A stretch of DNA of 63,440 nucleotides, the filler included, from Licmophora abbreviata (lineage: Eukaryota), in assembly GCA_900291995.1 (NCBI GenBank). It is 8 parts of 8 records of this genome, joined end to end, with 100 filler letters (N's around TTAATTAATTAA, not from the genome) between each part and the next. Parts side by side here need not be neighbours in the genome. Positions count along the whole stretch, not along the records: positions 34,863 to 38,228 come from OLMU01003667.1; positions 38,329 to 46,532 come from OLMU01003668.1; positions 46,633 to 53,159 come from OLMU01003669.1; 5 more parts are not named here. The stretch is one strand, 5' to 3'. The notes under the pieces were generated by a model that was not told where the DNA came from, searched no databases, and saw only the letters and a list, made by a program, of their open reading frames with translations. This document shows positions 35,956 to 46,932 of the stretch, piece by piece. A program made the translations under genes and the position numbers. How positions within the stretch are numbered: the stretch's first letter is position 1; every line of letters starts with the position of its first letter.

Positions 35956-37411
35956 CTTATTTTGTCTTCGATCGGGCCCGTATGAGCTCTGTCTGGGATA
36001 GTCAATAGTAGATTTGATAAAGTTGTGGCTGCGTGCACATAAGATGCTTCTCAGGCTCCTCAAATTGTGATGAGCGATGCATCCGATCCCGATTTGTGAT
36101 TAAACTCGCCAAATTTTATTTGAAAATGCGACGGATTCTCCTTGCTAATCCATTGGGCTGCGGCGATAACAAATATTTATCCCATTTTCGTCTTTGGGAC
36201 AAATGTTTATGTCTTTTGTTAAATAATGAACGGATTATTTTTAATGTACATGAATATAATGTGATGATTTCTTTCCCGTTGGTGTCTGAAAGTCTGGGGT
36301 CGTTATAATTGCCGTTGGCAACAACTAGACAAGCTGAGAACCCGAGGCAAAACTGCTCACGTCGACGTCATGCACCATACACCATTTCAAATTGAAATGG
36401 TGAAATCGTGAAGAAAAAGGCACACCGCTCACCTCGCATGCATCATATAAGTGGAAGTTTGAAACAGATAGCAACGAGCGACCAGTCTCAAGCACCATGT
36501 CACAACGGACAGCGGTGCGACCTTTCATCGGCAAGTTTGTAGCGAGGGCAACGAAGATCTCAAAGCAACATTGTGACTGTTGGATATCTCTCCTCTTGAC
36601 TAAGTCAACCTACCAATCGCGGGCTCCTTCGTTCCTAGAAACGATTCTACACCAACTACTTCTGCTGTCCATATGATATGCAGAGGAGGCAGTACAAACG
36701 TGCGGTGGTCACCGTTGGTGTAGCTGGGTAGCAAGGTTGATTCACTGATTCACTGTCGCCTTCCCATCTGAACTAAAGTTCAACTGGTTACGGGCAATGG
36801 AATCGACCAGAGCGTATGTCAAAATTAGCGGGTCGCTCTCCTTTCCAGAACTCTCCCAGCCACCGACAATCCAGGCTATTCTGCAATATTTGTGCTCGAC
36901 AGAGCTTTTGTACCTACCGTCGCTAGAAGGAAAAGTTCGCAAGCTCGAGTGCTGCAGCCGCACGCAACTGGAGAACTCGACTCGTGGGTTGGGATTGGGC
37001 CTTCTTTGTCGTACTAGAAGATACCGGTATGCTGCAATCAATATTGCGGTAGAGTCTTTGAATCAGACAAGCTACTTCAGAGGCGGCGCAAGCTGCGCAG
37101 GCGACCCAGGAAGACTGATATTTACGCCATTTATGGGGTCTGTAGAATGCTATGACTTCCATTGCACCACATTCATTTTTCGTCCACTAATTCACGCATT
37201 CCATGCGCTTCCAAACTAGCCATGGCTCTACTGAGCAGAATCTCTCATTTCTATCGTATCAGATGAACATGCTCAAGCCAACATTCAACGAGTAAACTAT
37301 AATTTTCTTAAGCATGACACGTACTTTACCAGCTACTATTTTTGCGGAGCCCGTTTCACTGCGTGGTGAGAGAGCTTCGCTGAACCAAAAAAAGGCGATT
37401 CTATGTCGTCT

Positions 37412-39592
37412 CTACCACCATCCCGGATCCTCGAAGGATTTCTGGGATTCGCAGTCGGATTCAGCCGAGTCATCTTCCTCGGACGAGGCTGCCTCGTCCG
37501 TGTCTTCCACAGGAGCAACCTCCTCGATGGCCGGCGCCTTGAAATTCACGCGCTTGAAGGTCGACTTGTGATGTTCCTGGATCTCAAGGAGATCGGGACA
37601 CTTCGCCGTGACACTTTCGGGAAGGGACCTAAGTTCCTTCTGGATCAGAGAACTGAGGGCTGTACGCTGATCAAGGAGGCTTCCCATGAGTTGAGTGCGA
37701 TTTCCCTGAGTAAGCTGGATAGAGCGACACTGCTCGACACCACGCATCACGAAGCGCTCCCGATCTTTCTGCGTCTTCTTCATGTCTTCTCTAATGAGCT
37801 CCAGGGAGCCAACTAGCTCATCCTGTTTCTTCTTCAAGCTATTGAGGGTCTTCTGCTCGCGCCTCGCTTCGGCCATGAGCCTACTCTGCGCGTTGATGGC
37901 ACGAACAACTTTCTCCTCCTGGTCCATTGCACGGTTCGCTACGTCGGCCTGTTCTACTGTCATGGTGTCAAGCGCTTTGGCAAAAGCCACTAGTTTCTGT
38001 GCAAGTACCATTTGGCTTTCCTTGAGGGCATCGCGTTCCTTCTTGAGGGCCTTGATTTTGTTTCCATAGATACCAGCAGTCTCTGTCATGCCGTTTTCAA
38101 CTCCCGCAAGTTGCAGGGCAAGTCTATTCTTTTCTTGCTCGAGAGCATGCTCCTTCTCAGTCTTCGCACTAAGTTGGGCTTGCAGTTTTGAATTTGCGAC
38201 TTTCGCGGCTTCCCATTCATTCTCGTGGNNNNNNNNNNNNNNNNNNNNNNNNNNNNNNNNNNNNNNNNNNNNTTAATTAATTAANNNNNNNNNNNNNNNN
38301 NNNNNNNNNNNNNNNNNNNNNNNNNNNNCGACTTTCGCGGCTTCCCATTCATTCTCGTGGGTCTTGACCAATTCTGCAAGCGTTGCCTCGAACGCTTTCT
38401 CCTTGGCTGCCATCTGACTGCTCGTCACTGCACCGGCAGCAGCGGCGGTAGCAGCAGCCAACTTTGACTCGCACACGGCCTTGGCATCACGAGTTTCCTG
38501 GAGCTTCTGTTTCAACTCGACCTGTTTCTCTTCCAAAGCGATCATCTTCGTGAAGAGCTCGTCCTTGAGCGCGTCTCTCTCCTTCGTGATAACCCTGAGG
38601 CTCTCATTAGAAACAGCGACTTGGTCAGCGAGCGTCTTCGTAGTCTTGTTGTGCGTCACTGTGTCGTATTGGACAGTAGAAAGTCGAGCAGCCAAGCGGT
38701 CAGAAGCTTCATAGGCATGCTCAAGCATTTGCTCTAGCTCCTTGACCTTTTGGTTGTGCTGTTCATTGGTCGTTTGGCGCTGGCTGGCGAGAGCATTTTG
38801 CAAAGACGCGTTGTCGTCCTGCAATCTGTCAAGAAGGTCTTCAAGCCTCTTGATCTTCTCCTTGTGTTCCTTTCTGTCTTCTTCTTCCTTCTCCCTGATC
38901 GCCTTCTCTAGAGACTCCTTGTGCTCTTGTTTCAATGTGGCAACGAGTTCCTCGAGCTCGGTGATTCTTTCGGAGTTGTAATTGTAGCTCAAGACCTCCT
39001 GCCCCATTTCGCTCTCGCTCAGTGAATTCTTCGCTTTCAGCGACTGGTTCTCAGCCTTCGTCAGACGGAGATCCTCCTCAAGTTTCTGAATCTTCATGGA
39101 GTTCTTCAGATCTTCTTCATTCTCATTCTTGATCTCCTTGATATCATCCTTGAGCGACTTCTCAATGCTCTCCTGCTGTACTCGGGCAAGTTCTTCTTCG
39201 AGTTTATCAATCAAACTTTGACGATGCAAGAGCTCATCGTTCTTGGACTTATTTTCACGCTTGATGCGTTCCACAGTAGCCCGAGCGTCGGACTTGGTAT
39301 CCACAAGCTCCCTTTTCAGCTCCGTGATCTGCATCAGGAGGTTTGCAGAGACAAGACTGTCCAAGGGCAAGTTAGCTTGAGAGTCGTTGATCTTGCTGTC
39401 CGTATCGGATACTCGTCCCGAGAAGAGATCGTCACGTTCCTCGAAGTGCATGAGCTTCCCATGCTGCATCTTGATTTCCTTGATTCGATCGACGGTGCTA
39501 AGCTGTTCACTGGACTTCTCGGCAGCAGTCCCCACCGTAGAAGAGATTTCCGCCTTTTCTACGGAGAGGCGTTCTGGATGTTGAAGAGGCAT
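37412..39592 (-). CDS. Orphan coiled-coil protein, paralog A (intronless; continuous across false gap 38229-38328)
   Basis: 38197-38228 = 38329-38360, so merged contigs give one ORF; heptad-rich; shares EIKMQHG, SRLMAEARREQ, MRGVEQCRSIQ, IQEHHKSTFKRV and terminal WW with paralog B. Confidence 0.85.
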
Positions 39593-39668
39593 ATTGAATG
39601 CGAAGTCGAGGCAATGTGGAGGCAAAGGGGGAGCACAGTGAGGTGCTTTCGGGGTTGTTGTGGTTCGA

Positions 39669-39676
39669 TTGTGAGA
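39669..39676 (-). promoter_or_regulatory. TCTCACAA initiator-like site (similar sites near 1028, 5743, 36065, 41759, 56407)
   Basis: Matches the diatom Inr-like TCAHW consensus 25-120 nt upstream of start codons on the gene strand; short motif, so individually weak. Confidence 0.45.
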
Positions 39677-40391
39677 AGAAGAAGGGCGAATGTTGGTCCC
39701 AAGTTTTTCGCTCGACCCAAACAAGCGATTTTCAACGCGATTGCGATAAAAATAACTTATGGAATAGCGCCTACTATCGCCTATAAAACTGAAATCATTG
39801 TATAATCAATATACATTTCATTCCACATTTCGGCGAAGAGCGATAAAGCCGATGGCTCACTATGGCATTTTGAGTTATTGAGTGGTCAAGTGCGACGTTA
39901 ATACTATTCAGTCGTAAAATAAATATACGCACTTTTCTGAGGATGACCTTCGTACTTCTAGAGTATAAGTAGTCCTCTCATACTGATACCTGGTACCCGG
40001 AGAGTAGCTCAGTCGGAGAGCGAGAGAAAGAGATGGTCGAGGCAGTCGAGCCAAAATACCGGTATAGTATGACATAGCGCTATCGGTAGTCTATCAAGTG
40101 ATCACAAGTGTGCCGGCAATGCTCTGACGAGATAGGCCGTCACGATCATTGCAATCAAACACAAAAAGCAGCCAGAATCACGAAGAAGTGTACTAGTACT
40201 TGTCCGTAGCCTGCCGGTCTATTTCTCCTTGGCCAAACCACGCAAGAAAGGAGAATCTGCGTTAAGCCAACAATCAACGAGTAAAATAGTTTCCTAAACT
40301 TGATATATACGCAAACTAACTATGTAGACATCGACGGGCATTGCATTGCGTACGGAGCGTTCCACTGAAACAGGAACATAGTGTTGCGTCC

Positions 40392-41705
40392 CTACCACCA
40401 AGCCGTCTCATCGAGCCATGGACCGAAGTCATATTCAGATCGAACTGACTCCTCGTCCTCGGACGACGCAGTCTCTTCCGAGTGCTGAACGGGTGCGACT
40501 TTCGGAGCCTTTTCGATGACGGCGGGGGTCTTGAGGACAACCCTCTTGAACGTGGACTTGTGATGTTCCTGAATGTCACGGAGGTCGGAAGACTTTTCGG
40601 TAATACTCTCGGGAAGACTTCCCAACTCCTCTTGGATGAGAGCACTGAGAGCCGCACGCTGGTCAACCACGCTTTCCACAATCGAAGATCGACCTCCCTG
40701 AGCCATCTGGATGGAGCGACACTGCTCGACCCCACGCATCATGATGTGCTCCCGTTCTTTCTGCGCCCTCTTGAGGTCTTCGTTGATGCGCTGGAGAGAG
40801 TTGGATAGCGCAGCTTGTTTCTTCTTCAGGCTCTTAACAGCCCTCTGCTCACGCCTCGCTTCGGCCATGAGCCTACTCTGCGAGTTGATGGCTCGAACAG
40901 TTTTGTCTTCGTTGTCAATTTCTTGATTAACTACTTCGGCCTGCTCAGCCGTCATGGAGTCGAGAGCTTTGGCGAACGTAACCAGCTTCTCCACCAACGT
41001 CTTCTGCTGCTCCCTGAGGTCGTCGCGTTCCTGTTTGACGACCTTGAGCTTGTTGCCAAAAGCAGCAGCAGTCTCTGACAAGGCAGTTTGAGCTTCAACA
41101 AGCCGCATGGTGAGAGTGCTATTGTCTTGCACGAGGACGAGCTCTTTCTTGGCCATCTCTTCGATTTGACTTTGTAGATTCGCGTTCACGACTCTAGAGG
41201 CGGTCCATTGTTGCTCGTGCGACTTGGCCACTTCTTCAGTCTTGGAAGCGAACTGTTTCTCCTTCGCTTCCAATTCAGCAAGCTTCACTTCAGCGTTAAC
41301 CAACTTCAGCTCACACTCGGCGTTTTGGAAACGAGCTTCCTGAAGGCTCTTCTCTAGTTCAGCCTTCTCCTGTTCATGCTTCTGTTCCAGTTTCGCCTTT
41401 TCACCTTCGAAGACGGTGGTCCTTGAGAGAAGCTTGGCCCGGAGGTCGTCGCGCTCCTTCGTACAGAAGTCGTCGCGTCCTTCGATTTCCTTGAACCTTC
41501 CATGCTGCATCTTGATCTCGTTGATTTTCTCGAACGTGCGGAGTTGACGGTCGATCCTCTCGTCACTTTCGTGGGTCTGAACCGGCTGTTCGGTGACTGG
41601 CTGCTCGGTGAGTTCCGCAGCCGGTGCCTCGGTCTTTCCGACCGTAGCATCGACGGTGGCAGGGCATTCAGCCTTGCTAGTGGAGAAGGAGTACAGGAAG
41701 GACAT
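40392..41705 (-). CDS. Orphan coiled-coil protein, paralog B (437 aa, intronless)
   Basis: Full ORF with same conserved blocks as paralog A. Confidence 0.88.
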   Translation of the reverse strand: MSFLYSFSTSKAECPATVDATVGKTEAPAAELTEQPVTEQPVQTHESDERIDRQLRTFEKINEIKMQHGRFKEIEGRDDFCTKERDDLRAKLLSRTTVFEGEKAKLEQKHEQEKAELEKSLQEARFQNAECELKLVNAEVKLAELEAKEKQFASKTEEVAKSHEQQWTASRVVNANLQSQIEEMAKKELVLVQDNSTLTMRLVEAQTALSETAAAFGNKLKVVKQERDDLREQQKTLVEKLVTFAKALDSMTAEQAEVVNQEIDNEDKTVRAINSQSRLMAEARREQRAVKSLKKKQAALSNSLQRINEDLKRAQKEREHIMMRGVEQCRSIQMAQGGRSSIVESVVDQRAALSALIQEELGSLPESITEKSSDLRDIQEHHKSTFKRVVLKTPAVIEKAPKVAPVQHSEETASSEDEESVRSEYDFGPWLDETAWW

Positions 41706-42269
41706 GTTGCTGTTGGGTTCAAGCTCTGCAACAACTGCTCAGTTGCTGTGTTTTATGTTTTGTGATCGCAGTGATTACAAGAAAAAACCTGGGTCCAATA
41801 TGTTGGTCGTGACTAGACAGTTCAACGGAAGAATTTCAACGCATATGCGAGTATTTTAAATTAGGGTGTTTCATTCACTATCGATTAAAAAAGGCAAACA
41901 GCTTCTCTAAAATCTCAACCTGGGGATGGAGAGACTCCGACAACGGCTGACTATAGCGCAAACTGTAGTGGTCTCGGTTCAACGCCTGTTCCAACGCCTA
42001 TTCCAACGGAAACAAAAAATCTGGGGCTCGGCGTGTCAAGCTGATTTTATTAGAGAGCTCGAGACCTCTAATCTAAATCCTTTTGCTGACGTGTCGGGCG
42101 GAACACCTGGGAGTTTGTTCTTGAGAAGTCGCGGGCTGAGTCACGGCTCCACGTACAGATCAACGGAGGTTTCCTACCGCTGCGAAAGCTGGCGGAAGTT
42201 TCAAGGGCTCACAAAACCAACAAGCAACAACACAAAGAACAGGCCACACACGCAGAACGACAGGCCACG

Positions 42270-42827
42270 ATGAGCCCCCACAGCATTCCACTGTCTGTCC
42301 AGGAGGACAATGACTCTCAAAGCAGCAGCAGCAGCAGCAGCCTCATGTCTAGTAGCATGGATGGGAAGAGCAAAAGCAAGAGAAAAGTCGCGTTTACGTC
42401 CGTTTCCGTCCGCGAGTACGAACGAGTGCTCGGCGATCATCCCGACGTGAAGGTCGGACCCCCGATTCAGCTCGGCTGGCAGTATGAAGAGCAAGAGAAG
42501 CTTCCCATTGACGACTATGAATCGGCCCATCTTCCGAAACAGAATGTGCGACTTTCGTCCCTCACAAGACGAAACCTGTTGATCAATGTCTTTCACGTAC
42601 CGGAAGAAGAAGTCAATGCCGCAACCGCCCAAGTGCAGAAAGTGCAACAAGATCGGAAAGCCACCAAACGACAATCCAAAACTTCGGAACGCACCGAAGA
42701 GTTTGTTCAGAGTGCCAAGCGAAAAATCAAACGACGCTTTTCACGAGACAAGTTACTGCACAACATGCTCAAGAGTAACGCAATGATGTTTCCGAGTATG
42801 AGCAGTATGGTTTCCGTGTCGACGTAA
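42270..42827 (+). CDS. Uncharacterised protein of a diatom-typical family with RVxF-like motif
   Basis: KRKVAFTSVSVREYERVLGDHPDVKVGPPIQLGWQY block after a Ser-rich N-terminus. Confidence 0.75.
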   Translation: MSPHSIPLSVQEDNDSQSSSSSSSLMSSSMDGKSKSKRKVAFTSVSVREYERVLGDHPDVKVGPPIQLGWQYEEQEKLPIDDYESAHLPKQNVRLSSLTRRNLLINVFHVPEEEVNAATAQVQKVQQDRKATKRQSKTSERTEEFVQSAKRKIKRRFSRDKLLHNMLKSNAMMFPSMSSMVSVST

Positions 42828-43444
42828 GGAGGGAGCGATTTTTTCTCAGTCATACGTGATACCTTCTTGTAAAGATAGAAATAGACTTCTGTACGAAAAA
42901 AGTAAAAGTGTTCCATCATCGTAATTTGATACTTGCGACCATTAGTTGTACATTGTACTCGAGTACCTTGTACCAGATCGAGATGAGAAGTACTCTAGAG
43001 AAGGGTTCAAGAAGCAAGGGCAGACACGTCCCACTCATGGAACAGTCATAGCATCCTGCAGTGGCAGCTGCACTTTTAGGTATGTGAGAGGGCGAACCGA
43101 GATGATCCTTCTATGCATGCTAGCAGCCTAGGTCTGGATTTGCTGTTCATTGCTTCCTTGTTTGTGACGGTGGACTTCTTTGGAGCGTCGGACGGACTTG
43201 CGACATCAAGAGTCATCACGCCATAAGAGATGCACTCTTCGGATAAGACCGGGCATAAGCATTTTCCAAACGTTTCGCGCGTTGAGGCTGCCAAACTTGA
43301 AACTTCTTGTGAGTGATGATAGATGAGGTGGTTCGTGTTTGTTGTTACTATCTCGCCGCTACTATCCTCTCAGTGCAGTTCGGCCTCTTTCGACCAATCT
43401 CTACCCTAGTAATTCTAATCGAAACGGAACCCGTACTGATCACC

Positions 43445-43870
43445 ATGTCGCTACCAGCCAGAAGCCCAACAACGAAATTTGTTCTATTCCTCACTGCCGC
43501 ACTTTCGACTTTATCCACTACTACTACTTTGGCTCAACTCGCTGCTCCCACTGGAGTCTGTTATCCCGAAATGGCAAACGCCGTAGAAGTCGAACAGTTT
43601 TGTCGCAACGTCCCCGACTGCAACGAAGTACACGGCTCTCTGGACCCGGCCTCCTACGAGTGCTACATGCGCTGCCACGTCCACCACGACATGGATATGA
43701 TGGGAGAAGCTCTCTTTGACTGCAGCTTGTACGGAGAAAATCTCAAGTGCCACGAACCTGTAACTTGTCTGCTCCCCCCAGTACAGGGGATGGAAAAAAT
43801 CCTCATGAACAATCTCATGGAGCGTGCGTATGCCAAACCAGCGAACGAAGAGGAGGAGGATGGAGAGTAA
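43445..43870 (+). CDS. Small secreted Cys-rich protein (8 Cys)
   Basis: CACC-ATG start, hydrophobic signal ending TLA|Q, acidic tail. Confidence 0.65.
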   Translation: MSLPARSPTTKFVLFLTAALSTLSTTTTLAQLAAPTGVCYPEMANAVEVEQFCRNVPDCNEVHGSLDPASYECYMRCHVHHDMDMMGEALFDCSLYGENLKCHEPVTCLLPPVQGMEKILMNNLMERAYAKPANEEEEDGE

Positions 43871-44098
43871 GCATGTACTAGGTTGTTCATGCGTACGACT
43901 GATTGCTGGAGTTGAGGGAGGGTCTCTCCTCTCTGAAGTCCAAAGACGAAGAACTACGACGTTTGCAGCGGAAATCGTGATTCATATAGTAGCTTTTTAT
44001 ACATAATGATAGTGGTAGCCTTTCTTAGAAGAACGAACATGTGCCCAAAGCAAATGGCCATTTAGATATTTCTCTCGCACATTGCGCTCGCACACACA

Positions 44099-46483
44099 TC
44101 ATTCAACGCCCCCAACGGTAATGCTGTACTCGCCCACTCCAGTTGGGCTCACAAGAAGCCTGTGTGGCAGCTCAGACCTACTCCATTCCGAATCGATGGA
44201 GAATGATACTGCTGAAACCTCGCCTACCCCCAAATACACCTTTTCAAATCCCACCAAGGACTTGATGGGATTGCCGTCGTCTCCAGCCTTCGGACCCACA
44301 TGAAACAACAAGACGGAATGAGCGCCGTCCATTGGACCATCGTTGATAACATCCAGCATCAACTCTGACTCATTAACGACGACAAGGTTGTTGTACCGGA
44401 ATGCGGAATAACTCAAACCATACCCGAATGGATACACGGTAGGTCCAACATAAAATCGATAGGTTCGTCCCGGAAAGCTGCGGTCGCTACGACTCTTGGG
44501 ACGCATGCGCATGTCGGTCAAATCCACTTGATTCACATAGTCGGAAGGATAGATGGTTGTACTAAGTCGGCCTGACGGACTAAATAGCCCATACAAGGCT
44601 TCAGCGATGGCAGTGCCACCCGCTTGTCCGGGATAACCTACGTACAAAATGGCATGAATGTTCTTGTTTGACTTGTAGGGTGATAGATCGATCGGACCAC
44701 CCGACATGGCCACAAGAATGAGTGAATTCGATGAGTTGGACTGACATGCGATCGCCTCTTCAACGAGCTCCCGTTGAGGTTTCGGTAAGGCCAAGCTCAC
44801 CCTGTCCAGTCCTTCAGACTCGAGCGACTGATCCAGTCCGACCACCAGAACGGTGGCATCGATTTGACTGCTGGCTATGGCGTGACACGTAGAGTCTTTC
44901 AACATTTGGGTGCTCTCGCTGCTGCTCATCTGTGTCGAAACGTTGCATCCCTTGTCGTAGACAACGCGCACACCGAGATCTTCGAATCCTTGTTTGGGTG
45001 AAATGAGAAAGGGTGCCAGGCCGTAGTAGTTGCTTTGCATGGTAAGGGTCGCGTTGGCGTTGGGACCCAGCAGTGCAATCGTCTTGTGTCGATGGATCGA
45101 AAGTGGCAGTACAGCAGATTCGTTGGTGTAGTCTCTTGTGTTCTTCAACAAGACAATGCCTTGTCGCGCCGCATCAAGGGCAAGTTCATTGTGGAGTTCT
45201 AGTAGTGGTTCTTTTCGTTGTTCCTGGCGGAGCGATGCTCTCAACCTTGTGCTGTTGGTAGTATTGGTAATACCGTCATCGCCATCAAAGTAGCCCAGCC
45301 GAAATTGTACTCGCAACAGATTCGCAACGGCACGATCCACATCCTCCACCGATAAGATACCATCACGAACGGCTTCTTCCCCATAGGTTTGAAACGTACT
45401 CCCACAATCCAAATCGACTCCCGCACGAAGCGCCGCAGCAACGGCATGTTGCGGAGACTTGACATAATAATGCCACTCGTAGATATCCAAGACAGCCCCA
45501 CAGTCTCCTGTAATGTAGCCATCAAAGTGCAAGGTGTCTCTCAAGTAGTTCGTAAGCATGTCTCCATCCGCGCACGTCGGTACACCATTGACTGCATTGT
45601 AGGAGCACATGATTCCCAAAACACCAGCCTCGATACACTTCTCAAAGGCGGGTAGATACGAGTCCATCAGATCACGGTCATCCACTATCACTGCATCAAA
45701 CGACTCTCGATTTGTCTCGAGACTATAGGCATAAAAATGTTTGCAGGCAGCGGCAAGAAGCACAGGCGCAGGGTTGCCTTGCGCGTCGTCCATTGTGGAC
45801 TGTTCTTCTTGCAACGCCCTCACCAAGACAAAGGCGTACTCTCCACTCAAATAAGGATCTTCTCCAATCACTTCTTGGCCTCGACCCCATCGTGGATCTC
45901 GAAATATATTGACATTGGGCGTCCAATAGGTCAATCCAGGCATGTCCTGCAGTGTACTATAGTGATACAGTGCTTCCCGTTGAATGGCTCTTCCAATAGC
46001 GTGAAAGAGCGTCCGATTGAAACTGAGTCCGACCGAGCAGACTTGAGGAAAGCTCGTTGCTACTACTCGATTCGGTGGACAACAGTCATAAGAGGCCACG
46101 CCATGCAGAGCCTCGCTCCACCATTGGTAGGGTGGAATGTGTAGTCTTGGAATGCCAGATGCCTTGTTTCCCAGCAAGCCAATCTTTTCAGAAAGAGTTA
46201 AGTTGACAAGTAAGGCGTCAAGACGAGTATCGAGAGGGAGCGATGCATTGCAGAAAACTGGTGGTGTCTGAAGCTCGACGAAGCAGGGTCGGTTCAAGAT
46301 CGAATCCTGGTTCTTGTAAAAAATCGACGTTTGATGTTTGCCGTGTTGCAGATCATGGGCATCCTCGTACAGCGGCAAAGGTAATGACAACAGTAAAAAT
46401 TGAGGGCCACCCAGGAGTCTCAATAGAAGTAAGAAAACGCCAGCTAGATGGGCAGTGATGAGCAGAGTCCAGAAGGACAGCAT
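44099..46483 (-). CDS. Glycoside hydrolase family 3, beta-xylosidase/arabinofuranosidase-like, secretory
   Basis: WWSEALHG, WTPNVNIFRDPRWGRGQE..GEDP, CKH, MCSYNAVNGVP, GYITGDC (nucleophile Asp), ESEGLDR, GRTYRFY, YPFGYGLSY. Confidence 0.95.
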   Translation of the reverse strand: MLSFWTLLITAHLAGVFLLLLRLLGGPQFLLLSLPLPLYEDAHDLQHGKHQTSIFYKNQDSILNRPCFVELQTPPVFCNASLPLDTRLDALLVNLTLSEKIGLLGNKASGIPRLHIPPYQWWSEALHGVASYDCCPPNRVVATSFPQVCSVGLSFNRTLFHAIGRAIQREALYHYSTLQDMPGLTYWTPNVNIFRDPRWGRGQEVIGEDPYLSGEYAFVLVRALQEEQSTMDDAQGNPAPVLLAAACKHFYAYSLETNRESFDAVIVDDRDLMDSYLPAFEKCIEAGVLGIMCSYNAVNGVPTCADGDMLTNYLRDTLHFDGYITGDCGAVLDIYEWHYYVKSPQHAVAAALRAGVDLDCGSTFQTYGEEAVRDGILSVEDVDRAVANLLRVQFRLGYFDGDDGITNTTNSTRLRASLRQEQRKEPLLELHNELALDAARQGIVLLKNTRDYTNESAVLPLSIHRHKTIALLGPNANATLTMQSNYYGLAPFLISPKQGFEDLGVRVVYDKGCNVSTQMSSSESTQMLKDSTCHAIASSQIDATVLVVGLDQSLESEGLDRVSLALPKPQRELVEEAIACQSNSSNSLILVAMSGGPIDLSPYKSNKNIHAILYVGYPGQAGGTAIAEALYGLFSPSGRLSTTIYPSDYVNQVDLTDMRMRPKSRSDRSFPGRTYRFYVGPTVYPFGYGLSYSAFRYNNLVVVNESELMLDVINDGPMDGAHSVLLFHVGPKAGDDGNPIKSLVGFEKVYLGVGEVSAVSFSIDSEWSRSELPHRLLVSPTGVGEYSITVGGVE

Positions 46484-46632
46484 GGTCTCTCGACATGCAA
46501 CCGAAATTAAAAATTAGACACATCGAACAAAANNNNNNNNNNNNNNNNNNNNNNNNNNNNNNNNNNNNNNNNNNNNTTAATTAATTAANNNNNNNNNNNN
46601 NNNNNNNNNNNNNNNNNNNNNNNNNNNNNNNN

Positions 46633-46709
46633 GACTCACTCGACTCATGAGTGAATCTTTTCGAATGCGAAGTCGAGTCGAGTGAGTCGAGTCAGTCAGT
46701 CAGTCACTC
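46633..46709. promoter_or_regulatory. Inverted pair of AGTCGAGTGAGTC elements plus (AGTC)n in the GH3/SDR divergent region
   Basis: Exact 13-mers at 46633-46645 (reverse) and 46676-46688 (forward). Confidence 0.5.
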
Positions 46710-46932
46710 TCCAGCGTCCCAAGAACCATCTATGATGTAAAATCGTCTAAGTGTTTTGCATACCGGTGGCTAGAGGAAACCAAAACGCCGAGATCTGCCG
46801 TATCTTTGAAATAATTCAGAATTGAGATTTCGAACATCGATGAACTTCATCGAGAGGTATTCCATTAAAGCGCAAGAAACCTCTCTAGGTGACCCCATTT
46901 CTCTCGCCCGAAGGTAACATTATATCTTCATC

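Noticed and set aside
36742..37219. Short ORFs between the DUF11-like gene and paralog A as genes or transposon
   Set aside because: No domain motifs, terminal repeats or RT/transposase signatures seen
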